Positions 40,022 through 52,225 of a stretch of DNA of 64,000 nucleotides are shown here, piece after piece (the stretch's first letter is position 1; each line of letters opens with the position of its first letter). A model generated the notes under the pieces. The model had not been told where the DNA came from and ran no database searches. It saw only the letters and a list, made by a program, of their open reading frames with translations. Both the position numbers and the translations under genes were made by a program. This stretch comes from Calditrichia bacterium. Its GTDB lineage: Bacteria > Calditrichota > Calditrichia > JAJRVZ01. The stretch is taken from positions 320,001-384,000 of the forward strand of contig CAWCNS010000008.1 in assembly GCA_963796965.1 (NCBI GenBank). Reading direction: 5' to 3'.

Positions 40022-40924
40022 TTAGTTGATCAGATTTTTGATATTCTCTTCCATTGTTGAAATAAAATCTCCCTGTGCTGGTATATTGGCACAGGGACTA
40101 TATACAACACATTTTACTCCCAATTTAGCCAGATCCTGTTCAACACCAGCCAAGGGTTTCCCTTCCCAGAGCATAATTTTAGCAGGATTCTTTTTAAATT
40201 TATCTTTAAATGATTTCCACTGATTTTCAGAAGGCTCTTCACCAGGTTCCCAATGTTCGGACATAATTGAGAGACCATAACCTTCGGCTAAATATTGATA
40301 GACCGGATGCGATCCATATAGAGTATTTGATTTGAGAGATGTTGTCAGTTCAACCATTTTTACATCTAAGGCGATGAGCTGCTTTGCCAAATCATCAAAA
40401 TTTGTTTCGAATAATCCTTTCTGTTCAGGCATCTTTTTAACCAGAGCATTTTTAATGGACTCTGCTTGTTTGAGGGCATTCTTAAAATCCAACCATGTAG
40501 TGAATGCATATCCATGATGGACATGTTCACCCTCAGGGCCATGACTATGGGTGGTTCCTGCTTCCAGATTGATGTATTTATCTTTAAACGATGAGGAGGT
40601 GGTTAGAATCTTTGAGGAAGGCAAACTAACTTTTGCCATCCATTTGGCATAGTCTGCACCATTGGCAAGAATCAGGTCGGCCTGTTGGAATTCACCAATT
40701 GCCTTTTGATCTGGTTTCCAATACGCCGGATCTTCACCGGGAGTTATATTATAAATTGCCTCAATCTGATCCCCACCAATTTTCTTCGCAAAAAAGTGTA
40801 GGGGATAATTAACCGAAATGACAGTAATTTTTGATGACGATTTTTCTTTCTGTACATCTTCCGTTTTTTGACATCCCAGGATTAAGATAAAAGAAAAAAG
40901 AAAAAAGAAAAAAACTGGTTTCAT
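40022..40924 (-). CDS. Zn/Mn ABC substrate-binding lipoprotein (ZnuA/TroA family), orphan
   Basis: Lipobox ILGC, ADLILANG, His-rich HSHGPEGEHVH, TWLD, SHPVYQYLA. Confidence 0.85.
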   Translation of the reverse strand: MKPVFFFFLFSFILILGCQKTEDVQKEKSSSKITVISVNYPLHFFAKKIGGDQIEAIYNITPGEDPAYWKPDQKAIGEFQQADLILANGADYAKWMAKVSLPSSKILTTSSSFKDKYINLEAGTTHSHGPEGEHVHHGYAFTTWLDFKNALKQAESIKNALVKKMPEQKGLFETNFDDLAKQLIALDVKMVELTTSLKSNTLYGSHPVYQYLAEGYGLSIMSEHWEPGEEPSENQWKSFKDKFKKNPAKIMLWEGKPLAGVEQDLAKLGVKCVVYSPCANIPAQGDFISTMEENIKNLIN

Positions 40925-41223
40925 GATAAATTCCCACTATTTATCTACTGCCTCGAATTTTTACCACAGAGGGACACAGAACAATACTGAATATTAGACA
41001 ACTATTACAGCCAAATTTTGCAATAAAGAAATTCTTTAAAACTGACTATCCCCGATGCCCCACCGTTCCACTCACCAACCAACGACATTTATATGCCTGG
41101 ATCAGGGTTATATAAACCGCCCTCGTATTTTTGAAGAAGATTGTAGACATACAAAATAATAGTAAAAAAAGGAAATTGAGTTTATACAATTAAGAGAGAT
41201 CTTCCAGTTAAAGATTGGTCTGT

Positions 41224-41796
41224 TTACCCACTTATATTTCTCATACGAAATGAAATAATAATTAGGGCAATACCTCCAACCAGAGCGAATAAACCAACCA
41301 ACCAGACTATGGTCATAGCCGAAACCACAGGATTTGCCAGAAGTAGAAGAGCAAATATGACTGAAAGGACCCCACCGAAAATCATAGACCATTCGTTTTT
41401 GATGGTTTTCCGCAAACGAAATCCGGTAATTATACTCCAAATACCCGAGGCCAATACCATAAAGGCAATCAGATAAATTAAAAAGGTCGCTCCAATAACC
41501 GTACTCATAAGGGGTTGTGTAAATATCACAATACCGGCAAGCGTGCTAATGATACCAACAAACACACCCCAACCCCAATCTTTATGTGATTTTCTGCCAC
41601 GGATCGCTTCAATAATGGCAAGAATACCATCAAAAAACCAGTAAAATCCCAGAAACATGATTAATACCATGAGTGTGGGCAATGGTCTGGAGATTAGAAA
41701 TATACCCATTAGAAGAATTAAAAGTCCCCTTAACAATACCAACCACCAGATGGAGGACAACATCTGTTTGACGCTTGTTTTTTCTTCTGCAGACAT
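41224..41796 (-). CDS. HdeD/DUF308 family membrane protein
   Basis: WWLVLLRG, G.YW..DG, three repeated hydrophobic hairpins. Confidence 0.85.
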   Translation of the reverse strand: MSAEEKTSVKQMLSSIWWLVLLRGLLILLMGIFLISRPLPTLMVLIMFLGFYWFFDGILAIIEAIRGRKSHKDWGWGVFVGIISTLAGIVIFTQPLMSTVIGATFLIYLIAFMVLASGIWSIITGFRLRKTIKNEWSMIFGGVLSVIFALLLLANPVVSAMTIVWLVGLFALVGGIALIIISFRMRNISG

Positions 41797-41958
41797 GACA
41801 TGTCTCCTGTTTTAGATGACTATGGGATATCAATTATCAATCAATTGATCTGAATTTAAATGTACACCGATCTACAATTGTAAGAAAGAGCAACAAGAGG
41901 TCTGAAAATTGTAAAATAACTCCGCCACTAAAAGTAAATTTTTCAATCTTTCACATAT

Positions 41959-42573
41959 TTAGTCAAGTTGGAATCCCACACCCATGTTAAATACCCAGTA
42001 CCATTTGTCTTTATAAAAAGATTTGTCCAGCCAGAAGGGTGTAAAATTGAATCCCAGGTATGTATTCTCACTGACAAATGCGTTAATACCCAGGGGTAAA
42101 GCAATAGAGAGGCTGGTCAGGGATCTTGTTCCGGTCATAATATTATCGTCATCTTGTATCTCAATCAAGCCACTGATTGCAAAGTCAACACCGGTTGACT
42201 GAAAACCAAAACCAAAACCCACATACGGCGTCCAATTCTTGTCAGGAGTAAAATAGTACTTACTAGTCAAATAAACGCTTAATGTTTTATAACTCTGCCA
42301 TGATTTGGTATCAAGAGAGATATCATAGGAGTCTTCTGACCAGGAATATCCCAAATTAGCGCCAACGGCAAATTTTGAATCGTGAATCATCCTTTCAAAA
42401 GTTGTATTAAGACCATAAGTGAACAAATTATTTTGTGTGGCGGCGCTCTGAGTCTCCAGAAATCCCAAATTAATTGTCCAGAGAGTGACATCGTCCTTAA
42501 TCTGTGCTTCAGCATTACTGAAAGAAAACACAAAAACCAATAAACAGGATAAAATCAAAAATATTCTTGCCAT
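41959..42573 (-). CDS. Small outer-membrane beta-barrel protein
   Basis: Signal peptide, alternating beta strands, PYVGFGFG, C-terminal GVGFQL. Confidence 0.75.
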   Translation of the reverse strand: MARIFLILSCLLVFVFSFSNAEAQIKDDVTLWTINLGFLETQSAATQNNLFTYGLNTTFERMIHDSKFAVGANLGYSWSEDSYDISLDTKSWQSYKTLSVYLTSKYYFTPDKNWTPYVGFGFGFQSTGVDFAISGLIEIQDDDNIMTGTRSLTSLSIALPLGINAFVSENTYLGFNFTPFWLDKSFYKDKWYWVFNMGVGFQLD

Positions 42574-42646
42574 GATATTCCCCTTTGATATTTAATTGAT
42601 ATGTCAGTGAACTATAATTATAAAATAAATATAAATGGAAGTAAAA

Positions 42647-42904
42647 TTAAAATTGCGGATTGATGTAAATCCGGTTCCATGGTTCTCCGGAAATGATTCC
42701 TCTTAAACCAATTTCCCCGTCATAGACGAGTCGGTCATTCTTTTGATAAAAAGCCCTAAAGTCCATCCAGGTTTGAAAATCTGTATCAGTAGAATCCTGG
42801 GCCAATATGTTGGATACTGAAATTAATATATATATAAATAACCAGATAGATAAAGTTGGCAATCTTTTCCTATTCAACATGATAGGTAGCAAGGAGTTAT
42901 GCAT
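42647..42904 (-). pseudogene. Truncated DUF2490-like outer-membrane protein fragment
   Basis: Signal peptide plus DFQTW.D...Y.GE.G.R..W.R.YI.P, ending after 85 aa in AT-rich DNA. Confidence 0.45.
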
Positions 42905-42980
42905 TTTTTTATTTTGTATAAATTAATGATTTATTATAAAAATTCCCATCACTTTATTTAACAATCTTAATGCAACGAAT

Positions 42981-43105
42981 AATGCCCAATGTCAAAACCT
43001 AAATGCCAAATCAAATCCAAATAACTCAATCCCAAAATTAAACTATGCAATTAAGCATTTAGTATTGGGCATTCAATTGGCATTTGGATTTGGACATTTG
43101 ACATT
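42981..43105. repeat. Heptamer-periodic inverted element
   Basis: AATGTCAAAACCTAAATGCCAAAT ... TTGGCATTTGGATTTGGACATTTGA (43077-43101, identical to 50777-50801). Confidence 0.8.
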
Positions 43106-43247
43106 AATATGCAACGCAAAATCCTTGCCATTTATTTTTGCTAAACAAGGTAACCTTTTCCAAAAATATCAGTATACCCCAATTATAAGACCTTCCATTT
43201 CCAACAGTATTATTCTATTCAATTATGGACTTTTTAAGGAGATCACG

Positions 43248-44261
43248 ATGCGAAAGGCCTGTTTAATGTTCTCATTTTTAATCATTCTCATCGGCTGTGA
43301 AACGTCTAAAGAATCGAAAACCGTAATGAATGATATACCAAAACTGAGTGGTGCTTACCTGGGACAATCAACTCCGGGAGACAGTGCCGAATTATTTGCA
43401 CCCGGTTTTATATCAACAGGCATGTATAACCGTGATATGGCCATGACACCTGATGGCAATGAAATCTTTTTCTGCGTATCCACAATGGGATTAAACCTCA
43501 TATTCTTCACCAAACAAGTAGAGGGTGTCTGGACAGAACCACAGGTGGCACCGTTCATCACCGATTTCGAATACATGTATTATGAGCCACACATTGTTCC
43601 TGATGGTAGTAAGTTATTATTTCTTTCAAACCGACCGCGTGTTGAAGGCCAGAAACCGAATGAGGACATCTGGGCAGTAAAACGTGAGGGTGATACATGG
43701 GGAGAGCCCTACAATCTTGGTGAGCCCATTTGCACAGAAGATGCCGAGTACTTTCCTTCAGTCACGAGGGATGGCACCTTATATTTCAGTCGTCAAAAAA
43801 GAGGCGAACGGACTACATTTATCTATCGATCCCGCATAAAGGATGGTGTCTATCAGGAACCTGAAAAACTGGGTCCAGAGGTTAATTGCGGAACATCCCG
43901 CTATAATGCTTTTGTGGATCCCGAGGAAAAATTCTTGATCATTCCTTCACTAGGGATGAAAGACACACGTGGAGGGACTGATTATTATATTGTTTTCCGG
44001 GATAAGGATGATACCTGGCATAAACCGATTAATATGGGTGATCGGATAAACACAAAGAGCGGACGCGAATATTCACCTTATATATCTCCTGATGGGAAGT
44101 ATTTTTTCTTTATGTCCTCAAAAAGTTCTCTGGGAAATGCATCTTCTTTAGAAGAAATTTCGTATAGTGAATTATTAGACAAACAATGTCAATCTCAAAA
44201 CGGCAATTCAGATATCTATTGGATCGACGCTTCTTTTATTAATGAATTAATAGCAAACTAA
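43248..44261 (+). CDS. PD40/TolB-like beta-propeller lipoprotein
   Basis: SD plus MRKAC, lipobox LIGC, YLGQ..PG...ELFAPG, TPDG.E.FF, PYISPDGKYFFF, DIYWID. Confidence 0.82.
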   Translation: MRKACLMFSFLIILIGCETSKESKTVMNDIPKLSGAYLGQSTPGDSAELFAPGFISTGMYNRDMAMTPDGNEIFFCVSTMGLNLIFFTKQVEGVWTEPQVAPFITDFEYMYYEPHIVPDGSKLLFLSNRPRVEGQKPNEDIWAVKREGDTWGEPYNLGEPICTEDAEYFPSVTRDGTLYFSRQKRGERTTFIYRSRIKDGVYQEPEKLGPEVNCGTSRYNAFVDPEEKFLIIPSLGMKDTRGGTDYYIVFRDKDDTWHKPINMGDRINTKSGREYSPYISPDGKYFFFMSSKSSLGNASSLEEISYSELLDKQCQSQNGNSDIYWIDASFINELIAN

Positions 44262-44364
44262 AACAAAAGAATCCAGCATATATTCTTAAATATTTTAGGG
44301 ATGAATTTATCTATCAATCAGGAACCAGGCAGAATTGATGCACATGTAATCATTAGGGGGCTCC

Positions 44365-44727
44365 ATGTTATTGTCATTTGATGAATTCATGCAGGCAAGC
44401 ATGCAAAATGGCGCTATCTATGCGATCCGTAAGACAAAAGAGAACCAAGCTGATCCTGCTAAAATTAATTTTAATGAATCAGAAGTAAATGATCTTGGTT
44501 ACCAATTTATGAATGAAATGAACCGCATCGATGATGCCATAGAAATATTTAAATTCAATCTTAGTTTATATCCCCGGTCAGCAAATGCCTATGATAGCCT
44601 TGGGGAGGCCTACTTTATCAAAGGTGACCAGGAAGGTGCACTTGATAACTATCGCAAATCACTCGAACTTAATCCAACCAATAAGAACGCACAACATATG
44701 TTGAGGCAATTAAGGTTTATGCATTAA
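44365..44727 (+). CDS. Small TPR protein (possibly a fragment)
   Basis: E.EVN.LGY, AI.IF..N...YP.SANAYDSLGEAY, Y.KSLELNP.N. Confidence 0.75.
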   Translation: MLLSFDEFMQASMQNGAIYAIRKTKENQADPAKINFNESEVNDLGYQFMNEMNRIDDAIEIFKFNLSLYPRSANAYDSLGEAYFIKGDQEGALDNYRKSLELNPTNKNAQHMLRQLRFMH

Positions 44728-44729
44728 TC

Positions 44730-44838
44730 AATGTCCAATGGCAAATGAATATCCAATTTTAATGCTTAAATCAGGGAAATAGTGTTTGTAATTGAGTCAT
44801 TCGAACTTGATTTGACATTTAGGCCTGGACATTTGAAA
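44730..44838. repeat. Heptamer-periodic inverted element
   Basis: AATGTCCAATGGCAAAT ... ATTTGACATTTAGGCCTGGACATTTGA. Confidence 0.7.
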
Positions 44839-45089
44839 CTCAATGGTTTAATATCTATCATTTAAATCTTTCTGACAAATAAATCCTATCATCTCAATCC
44901 CATCAATGTGATACAAATTAATTGGAAATTTTATCTCTTAGATTGCTGTTACTATTCAAAAAAAAGGAACATTCAGTATATAGAGTCATGACTCATTGAC
45001 ATTCAGAGGATTAATGTGATTTTTCAAATTTAAAAAAGTACATTTATGGAAAGACTATTTTCAATTCACCATCTAACCAGGAAAAGAAA

Positions 45090-46701
45090 ATGCAGCAACC
45101 CGACAATTGTATCATCGTTATTTTTGGCGGATCCGGAGATTTAACAAAACGAAAGCTGGTACCAGCCCTGTTTAATCTTTCCCGTCATAAACTGATGCCC
45201 CAAAAGTTTGTCATTCTCGCCCTCGGTCGCAAAGAATTTACTGATGTAGCTTTTCGCCGGAGCATGAAAGAGGGAATTATAAATTTCACAAAAACTCAGA
45301 GTGATAAAAAGAAGGACATTGACTCCTTTCTAAAATTTGTGCATTATCAGAATTTGGATGTTTCCAAACAAGAGGACTTTGCGAATCTCAGTTCCAGGTT
45401 GAATGAGTTAGATAAAGTATATCAAACGAAAAATAATATACTGTTTTATTTAGCCATGCCTCCGGTTACATTTATTCAAATCGCCCAAAATCTTAAAAAG
45501 CAAAATCTTCACTTGCAGAATAATGGTAGTGGCTGGAAAAGAATTGTTTTTGAAAAACCCTTTGGACACGACCTGGATTCTGCTCAAAAATTAAACTCAG
45601 GGATACAGAAAATATTTCAGGAAGACCAGATTCTTCGTATCGATCATTATCTGGGCAAAGAAACTGTTCAGAATGTATGCGCCTTCCGATTTTCTAATAT
45701 AATATTTGAATCATTATGGAACCGTAATTATATCCACCATATCGAGATAACAGCTTCTGAAAAAATTGGCGTGGAAGATCGTGGTGGTTATTACGATAAG
45801 GCAGGAGCTCTGCGTGATATGGTTCAAAATCACCTGCTACAGATTGCAACAGTGATAGCCATGGAACCTCCCATAAGGTTCGATTCACCTTCCTTGCACA
45901 ACGAAAAGATTAAAGTGTTCAAAACATTAAGACAGACTTAGCAAGAGTGAAATTCAGAAGAATGTCATACGGGGACAATATCTATCTTCGAAAATTGGAA
46001 AAGAGGAGATTAAGGCCTACCGTGAGGAAAGTGGCGTTGACGCGGACTCAAAAACTGAAACATTTGTGGCTATGAAGTTTTTTATTGATAACTGGCGCTG
46101 GGGAGGCGTTCCTTTTTATATCCGGACAGGCAAACACCTTCCAACAAGGGTGACAGAAGTCGTGATACATTTTAAGAAAATCCCACACCAATTGTTCAAT
46201 GAAGACACAAATAGTAAGGTTAAGGACAACCAGCTGATTTTGCGTATTCAGCCTGATGAAGGTATCCTAATAAAATTTGGCATGAAACTGCCAGGTGCCA
46301 ATTATAATATTAAATCCGTTGATTTGGATTTTCATTACTCAGATCTTTCAGATATATATCTGCCTGAAGCATATGAACGTTTATTGTTAGACGCGATACT
46401 CGGTGACAGTAGTCTCTATGCCCGGGCCGACGAAGTAGAAGCCAGTTGGGAATTCATCAATCCAATTCTTCAGGCTTGGCAGAATAATCCCAATATACCG
46501 ATCTATGGCTACCCGGCGGGTACATGGGGTCCTCCCGAAGCCCGCGAACTGTTTGATGATCCAAACGAAGACTGGCGTTATCCCTGCAAGAATCTCACCG
46601 GCGCGGATAATTATTGTGAATTAATAAAATTATTTCGCGCAGTGACGCAATATATACAAGACAAACACATAAGAAAAAGGATAAGAGAAAATGGAAACTA
46701 G
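45090..46701 (+). CDS. zwf: Glucose-6-phosphate 1-dehydrogenase; frameshift near 45935, true end probably near 46627 (NYCEL)
   Basis: FGGSGDLTKRKL.PAL, EKPFG, RIDHYLGKE, RDMVQNH, NWRW.GVPFY.RTGK, RIQPDEG, AYERL. Confidence 0.95.
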
Positions 46702-46821
46702 AACTGATAAGATAGATAGCAAACATTGTTAGATTACAATTAAAAAAAATATTGATCTTATTGCTTTTTCCATTCCAGAAAATACACGTATATTTGCGAG
46801 TGATAAAAACCTACGCGCAAA

Positions 46822-47570
46822 ATGTGGTCAGGGCGTAAATCAAACACTCACTTATTCCCAACTCAGGACCTATTATGAGGCTCTTGGTGCTTCGAGAATC
46901 TCAAGAGGCAGGTTCAAAGAAAATTTACACATTGCATTCCCCGGCGGTTCCACACCCCAAGAATTGTTCAAATATCTGAGCAGGTCCATCCATTAAGAAA
47001 ATAAACTGGAAGCGCCTTCATTATTATTGGGGTGATGAACGTTGTGTGCCACCCGGATCATCCGGAGAGTAATTATGGAAACATGATGAGGATTTATTAA
47101 CCAAAATAAATATCCAGGAGGCAACATTCATCGTATCCATGGTGAAATCGGACCAGAGAAGAAGTAAGGCGTTACGCTGAAGAAATCAAATCTTCCTCTA
47201 GCCGCTCGAAGAACAATTCTCCCCGGAATTCGATTGGATCATACTTGGGTTGGGGATGATGGCCATACGGCTTCTCTTTTCCCGAATATGAATTTAAGGA
47301 CAACCATCCATTCAGAGATATCTGTACTATAGCTTCACATCCACAAACCAACAAAAGAGAATTTCCCTCTAACTTTAAACGCAATCAATAATGCCAGACG
47401 TGTCTCCTTTCTGGTCAAAGGTGAATCAAAAGCATCAGTAGTAGCATCTGTTTTAAATTGTGAATCGCGAAAACTTCTCTTCCGGCCAGCCCAAGTCTCG
47501 CCGAATTCCGGAATCTTGGAATGGTTTCTGGATGGAAGCAGCCGCATCCCAAATAAAAATATCGTCGTGA
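46822..47570 (+). pseudogene. pgl: 6-phosphogluconolactonase with many indels (missed by the ORF track)
   Basis: Motifs in shifting frames: IAFPGGSTP, WGDERCVPP, NIHRIHGE, DGHTASLFP, LTLNAINNA, LEWFLD. Lies directly after zwf. Confidence 0.85.
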
Positions 47571-47775
47571 CATTTCTGATCGAATGTTTTCCTTTGCATT
47601 CCTATCATTATTTGGTTAAAATCCGTAAAATTTAACAGAAATGGAAATAGGAGTTTTGGAATATTAATACTTATACTCTGTGATTAGATATGTTGCCTCG
47701 ACCGTGTGTTTACACTTTTTAACAAACCTTGAAAATATTAAAGTTGGTTTTTATGTTCAGTGAGCCCAAGGGTCG

Positions 47776-47844
47776 TGTCATGCTGCAAGGATCTTCCTCC
47801 ATTTATTAGGGCCCTATATGGAAGAAGATCCTTGCAGGATGACA
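47776..47844. repeat. GTCAT-family long hairpin
   Basis: TGTCATGCTGCAAGGATCTTC / GAAGATCCTTGCAGGATGACA (20/21 match). Confidence 0.75.
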
Positions 47845-47976
47845 GCAAACCCATGGTCAGGATATCACAATTTATAAATATGTGTAAACACGTAGTCAAG
47901 TCAAAAAAGATTAGACATAAAGAGTTCCGAATTACTAATTACGCTATCTTTTTTTTAGCTATAAATGGGGGAATTA

Positions 47977-48812
47977 ATGCAGCGCAAAATTATAGAGATC
48001 ATCGAAGAAAAATGTGATGGCTGTGGGCAATGCTTACCAGAATGCCCAGAAGGCGCCATTCAAATTATAGATGGTAAAGCCCGTCTTATCAGCGATCTGT
48101 TTTGTGATGGTTTGGGGGCCTGTATCGGACATTGCCCAACCGGCGCCATACAGGTCATCGAACGTGAGGCTGAGCCCTACGACGAAATACGCGTGATGGA
48201 AAACGTAGCCCGCCAGGGTCAAAACACCATCAAAGCTCATCTCCAGCATCTGCAGGATCATGGTCAGGTAAATTTTTTAGAACAAGCCCTGTCATATTTA
48301 AAAGATAATGACATTGTTGTTCCAGACTGGAAAACCGAAGTTGCTGCCTGTACTCAGGGATCGAGCTGTCCAGGTTCACAAAATACCGTTTTAATTGATC
48401 AGATTCAGGCACCTGATAATTCTCCGGACGTTCCTTCAGCCCTTAGCCACTGGCCGATACAGATGCATCTTGTCTCACCAATGGCACCACAATTTGTCGG
48501 ATCAGATCTGGTGCTAGCCTGCCGATTGTGTGGCTTTTACCCTGGGAAATTTCCACCAGAAATTTCTCCCCGGAAAAACCCTTGCAATCGCTTGCCCTAA
48601 ACTTGACGAACAGCAACAGATTTATTTGGATAAATTAAAAGTGCTGATAGATCAGGCGAAGATCAAATCTCTGACAGTAATGATCATGCAGGTTCCCTGC
48701 TGCCGTGGCTTGATGATGCTAGCTCAGGAAGCCGTTAATACTTCGACTACGGAACATACCCATTAAAATGATTATGGTGGGTATTAAGGGTGAGATCTTG
48801 CAGGAGCAGTAG
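47977..48812 (+). CDS. 2x[4Fe-4S] ferredoxin-domain protein with a Cys-rich C-terminal domain; two frameshifts
   Basis: CDGCGQCLPECP, CDGLGACIGHCP, WPIQ.HLV.P.AP, CPKLD, MQVPCC. Confidence 0.85.
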
Positions 48813-48833
48813 TGACTTAAGTCGAATACTATA

Positions 48834-48999
48834 TTTCTCACGCAGAGACGCGAAGACGCAAAGATTTAATAAATATATAGAATAATACAAAATGCAGGAA
48901 GCATGATTCCATAGATCACTGAATTCAAGAGATATATTTATTTTTGTTATTTATGTAATTTCCATTAGATTCTTTGCGTCTTGCGTCGCTGCGTGAAAA
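48834..48999. repeat. Palindromic element, TCTCACGCAG family
   Basis: TTTCTCACGCAGAGACGCGAAGACGCAAAGA ... TCTTTGCGTCTTGCGTCGCTGCGTGAAAA. Confidence 0.85.
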
Positions 49000-49023
49000 A
49001 TTCTAAACCTAGTGTAAATCAAA

Positions 49024-50526
49024 ATGATTGAAAAAATCCGAAAACAATGGGAGACCAATCCCCTCCCCCTGATCATGGTCGCTGCGATCATTTTTAGATT
49101 GCTGGCCGTAATCTTTTCCAAGGGCTATGCCATGTCGGACGATCACTTTGTGATCATCCGTATTGCCCAACGTTGGCTTGATGGCTATAATGACTGGTTT
49201 GACATGGATCATCCAAGTGGCTTTAGTTTAGTCTACCCAGGTCTACATTATATTCTGTTTTATTTCCTGAAGCTCAGTCAGCATCACTGATCCTCAGGTT
49301 AAAATGTTTATTGTGCGCTTCTTGCATGCCGCCTATTCCCTGTTGATTGTATACTATGGCTATCAGATAACGATAAAATTGGGTAATCAGAAAACTGCTA
49401 AGCATGTTGGCATATTTCTGGCTCTCTATTGGCTCCTCCCGTTTATGAGTGTTCGAAATCTGGTTGAGGTCGTTTGTATCCCTCCCATGATGATAGGTTT
49501 TTATCTGGGTCTTAAAAGTGATGAGAGAAATCAATTAAAATTATGGATTTTAGCCGGATTCCTTTTTGGACTTACCTTTGCCATTCGTTATCAAACATTA
49601 TTAATAACCGGTGGTATCGGATTGGTTTTGATAACACAAAAAAGATGGCAGCCATTTCTTTACTATTCAACAGGTGTGATATTGGGATTGTTTATATTAC
49701 AAGGAGTGGTAGATACAATTGCCTGGGGTTACCCTTTTGCCGCCTTTATTCAATATACCGGCTATAATGTTGATTATCGGTATGCGTACGTGGTAGGTCC
49801 CTGGTATCGGTATATCCTTCTCATCAGCGGTGTTTTAATTCCACCTATAAGTTTTTACCTCATATTTGGGGCATTGAAAACCTGGAAAAAATATGCTCTT
49901 TCTTCTGGCCAGTATTCATCTTTTTTGTATTTCATAGTTATTATCCCAATAAGCAGGAACGTTTTATCCTTCCCATTCTTCCATTTCTTGTAATTCTTGG
50001 TTTTTTAGGTTGGAATCAATATATAGAAAATTCGAAGTTTTGGCTAAAACATAAAAAACTATTAAAAGGGACTTGGATCTGGTTCTGGATTGTCAATAGT
50101 ATTTTATTAATTACATTATCTCTCACCTACACGAAAAGAACGATGGTCGAACCCTTGACCTATCTATCCAATAAAACTGATCTCAATGCTGTGGTTCTGG
50201 AGTATCCGGAGGATAGTATGCCCTGGTTTCCACGTTTTTACATGGAGAACCAGGTGAGAGTCTACCGCTTTTTCAAAGGTTCAAAAGATGAGGAGATAAA
50301 AAAACAGATTAATTCTGCTCAACATGGGACACCAAAATATTATTATTTTTATGGAAATGACAATCTTGAGAGCCGTATAAAAAAGATGGAAGTCTTCCTG
50401 GAGATCAATCTGGTTTTTGAGAAAAAGATAAATCCCAGTAATATCGATTGGTTGGTTCATACTCTCAATCCCAAACACAATAAAAATCATACGGGGTATA
50501 TATATCGGTTGACGGCTAGAAAGTGA
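49024..50526 (+). CDS. GT-C fold membrane glycosyltransferase (Alg9/ArnT-like); about three frameshifts
   Basis: Multi-TM protein with an acidic first loop GYAMSDDHF, SVRNLVE, IRYQ, and NKQERF in a shifted frame. Confidence 0.7.
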
Positions 50527-50682
50527 TATGAGATGCCGGATTTGAGGAAACGGGATGCGTGTTACGGGATGCGGGATGATCGATACGCGATATTAAATAG
50601 GAGGACACATAGACTGTCTCCCTTAAAAAAGCCTGTCCTGAGCGAATAGGATGGAGGGCTAGGGTTGTAGATTTTTCAAAGA

Positions 50683-50804
50683 AATCTCCAATGTCCAGGC
50701 CCAAATGCCAAATCAATTCAAAATACTCAATATCAAATAGTATTGACAATTTGAGACTTGGATTTTGGAAATTCATTTGGCATTTGGATTTGGACATTTG
50801 AAAT
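50683..50804. repeat. Heptamer-periodic inverted element, preceded by GATGCGG/GATACG repeats (50525-50592) and a CCTGTCCTGAGC unit
   Basis: AATGTCCAGGCCCAAATGCCAAAT ... ATTTGGCATTTGGATTTGGACATT. Confidence 0.8.
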
Positions 50805-51953
50805 TAAATGGACGTATTTTCAATAAACCAATTATTCGTCTACAGTAACCATCATTCAATGTATTTAAAAAAACCACAATATCATCCACTTCCTGTTCAC
50901 TCAAACCAAGATTTCCTAATTCATCTTTATTAACATTTTCACTCACTTCAGGAGCCGGCCAGGGCCCGATATCGCGTGTATTATAGAATGATACCGCTTC
51001 CCGCAACGTTTGAAATACGCCATTATGCATATAAGGAGCTGTCAGTGACACATTACGCATGGTCGGAACTCTGAACTTACCGTTCTCCGTAACCTTCCCT
51101 ACTATCGCTCCTAATCCCAGATCAACATAATCCGGACCATCAGGATTGTGTGTTTTATCGAGATAGTAAAACGGATTGGCCGGATTCTTAGGAACGCCCA
51201 AATTGTCATAACTAAAATCTGTAAACAGTGGAGGTGTACCATCCTCTCCTGCATTGCTTGGATGGCAGGCGGCACAATTCCCTTTAGTAGGGCTGTTAAA
51301 GGTTATCATTCCTCGCATTTCCTGCGCGCTGAGTTCTACCTTTCCTTTTAGAAAATAATCAAATTTTGAGGTAAATGGATTTAATTCAGATGATCGTTCG
51401 TATTCGGCAATGGCGGATGCAAAATATTCAAAAGCCTTCTCCGGATCATCGAGTGCATTGCTTCCAAATTCTTTTCGAAATAATTCCGCATATGGGGCTT
51501 TTCTAATTGAAGCGACAATTGCTTTGTTGTCCCGGTTTGCCATCTCAAGTGGATTTAATGGAGGTCCCACTGCCTGCTCCTCCAACGAGTTGGCCCGTCC
51601 GTCCCAAAAAAGACCTCCCAGATACATTTGCTCAGTCTCATCAAAATATAATTCTGGTATATACATTGTATACATGGCAGTGAGATCATTGCGGTTACCA
51701 AACCTGGTTTTATGAGCACCTTGTGATACAGGTAAATGCGGATTGGGATCAGCAAAAGCAAAATCCGGGTCATGACAACTGGCACAGGATTGACCGGGTG
51801 GTGTTGAAAGGCTTTCATCAAAAAACAAAATTTTCCTAATGCCTGCATGGAAGTCAGTTCGGTCTCTTTAAGATTTGATGATGAATCTTTCATGCAGGCA
51901 AAAGAAAACAAGATTAAAATGAAAGCAAAGAAAAGTAATGTTGTTATCCGCAT
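50773..51953 (-). CDS. Diheme cytochrome c peroxidase (bCcP/MauG family) lipoprotein; frameshift near 51830
   Basis: CASCH and CAACH, FWDGRA..L..QA.GP..NP.EM, FRVPT.RNV..TAPYMHNG. Confidence 0.9.
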
Positions 51954-52225
51954 TTTAATTCCCCATTTTAATTCAACATAATTTTAAATATTCAGATGAT
52001 TTTAGAAAGATGTACTAATATATATAATTTTTAGATGAAAAGACTTCTGAAATATGCATCTTTTACATATTTTATTAGAGAGATTTAGTTAATATTTATT
52101 GAAAGATATAATTCCGGAATAAATACTTGCCAATGTTTTTAATTTGTCTTAAAATAATTGTCTCATCATCAAAAATATACTTTATAATAAAAAACAACAC
52201 CATTTTATCATCAAAGAGCGATACT

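Noticed and set aside
17389..48999. Repeat-spacer-repeat units as a CRISPR array
   Set aside because: The arms are inverted, dispersed and degenerate rather than tandem direct repeats with regular spacers, and no cas genes are present
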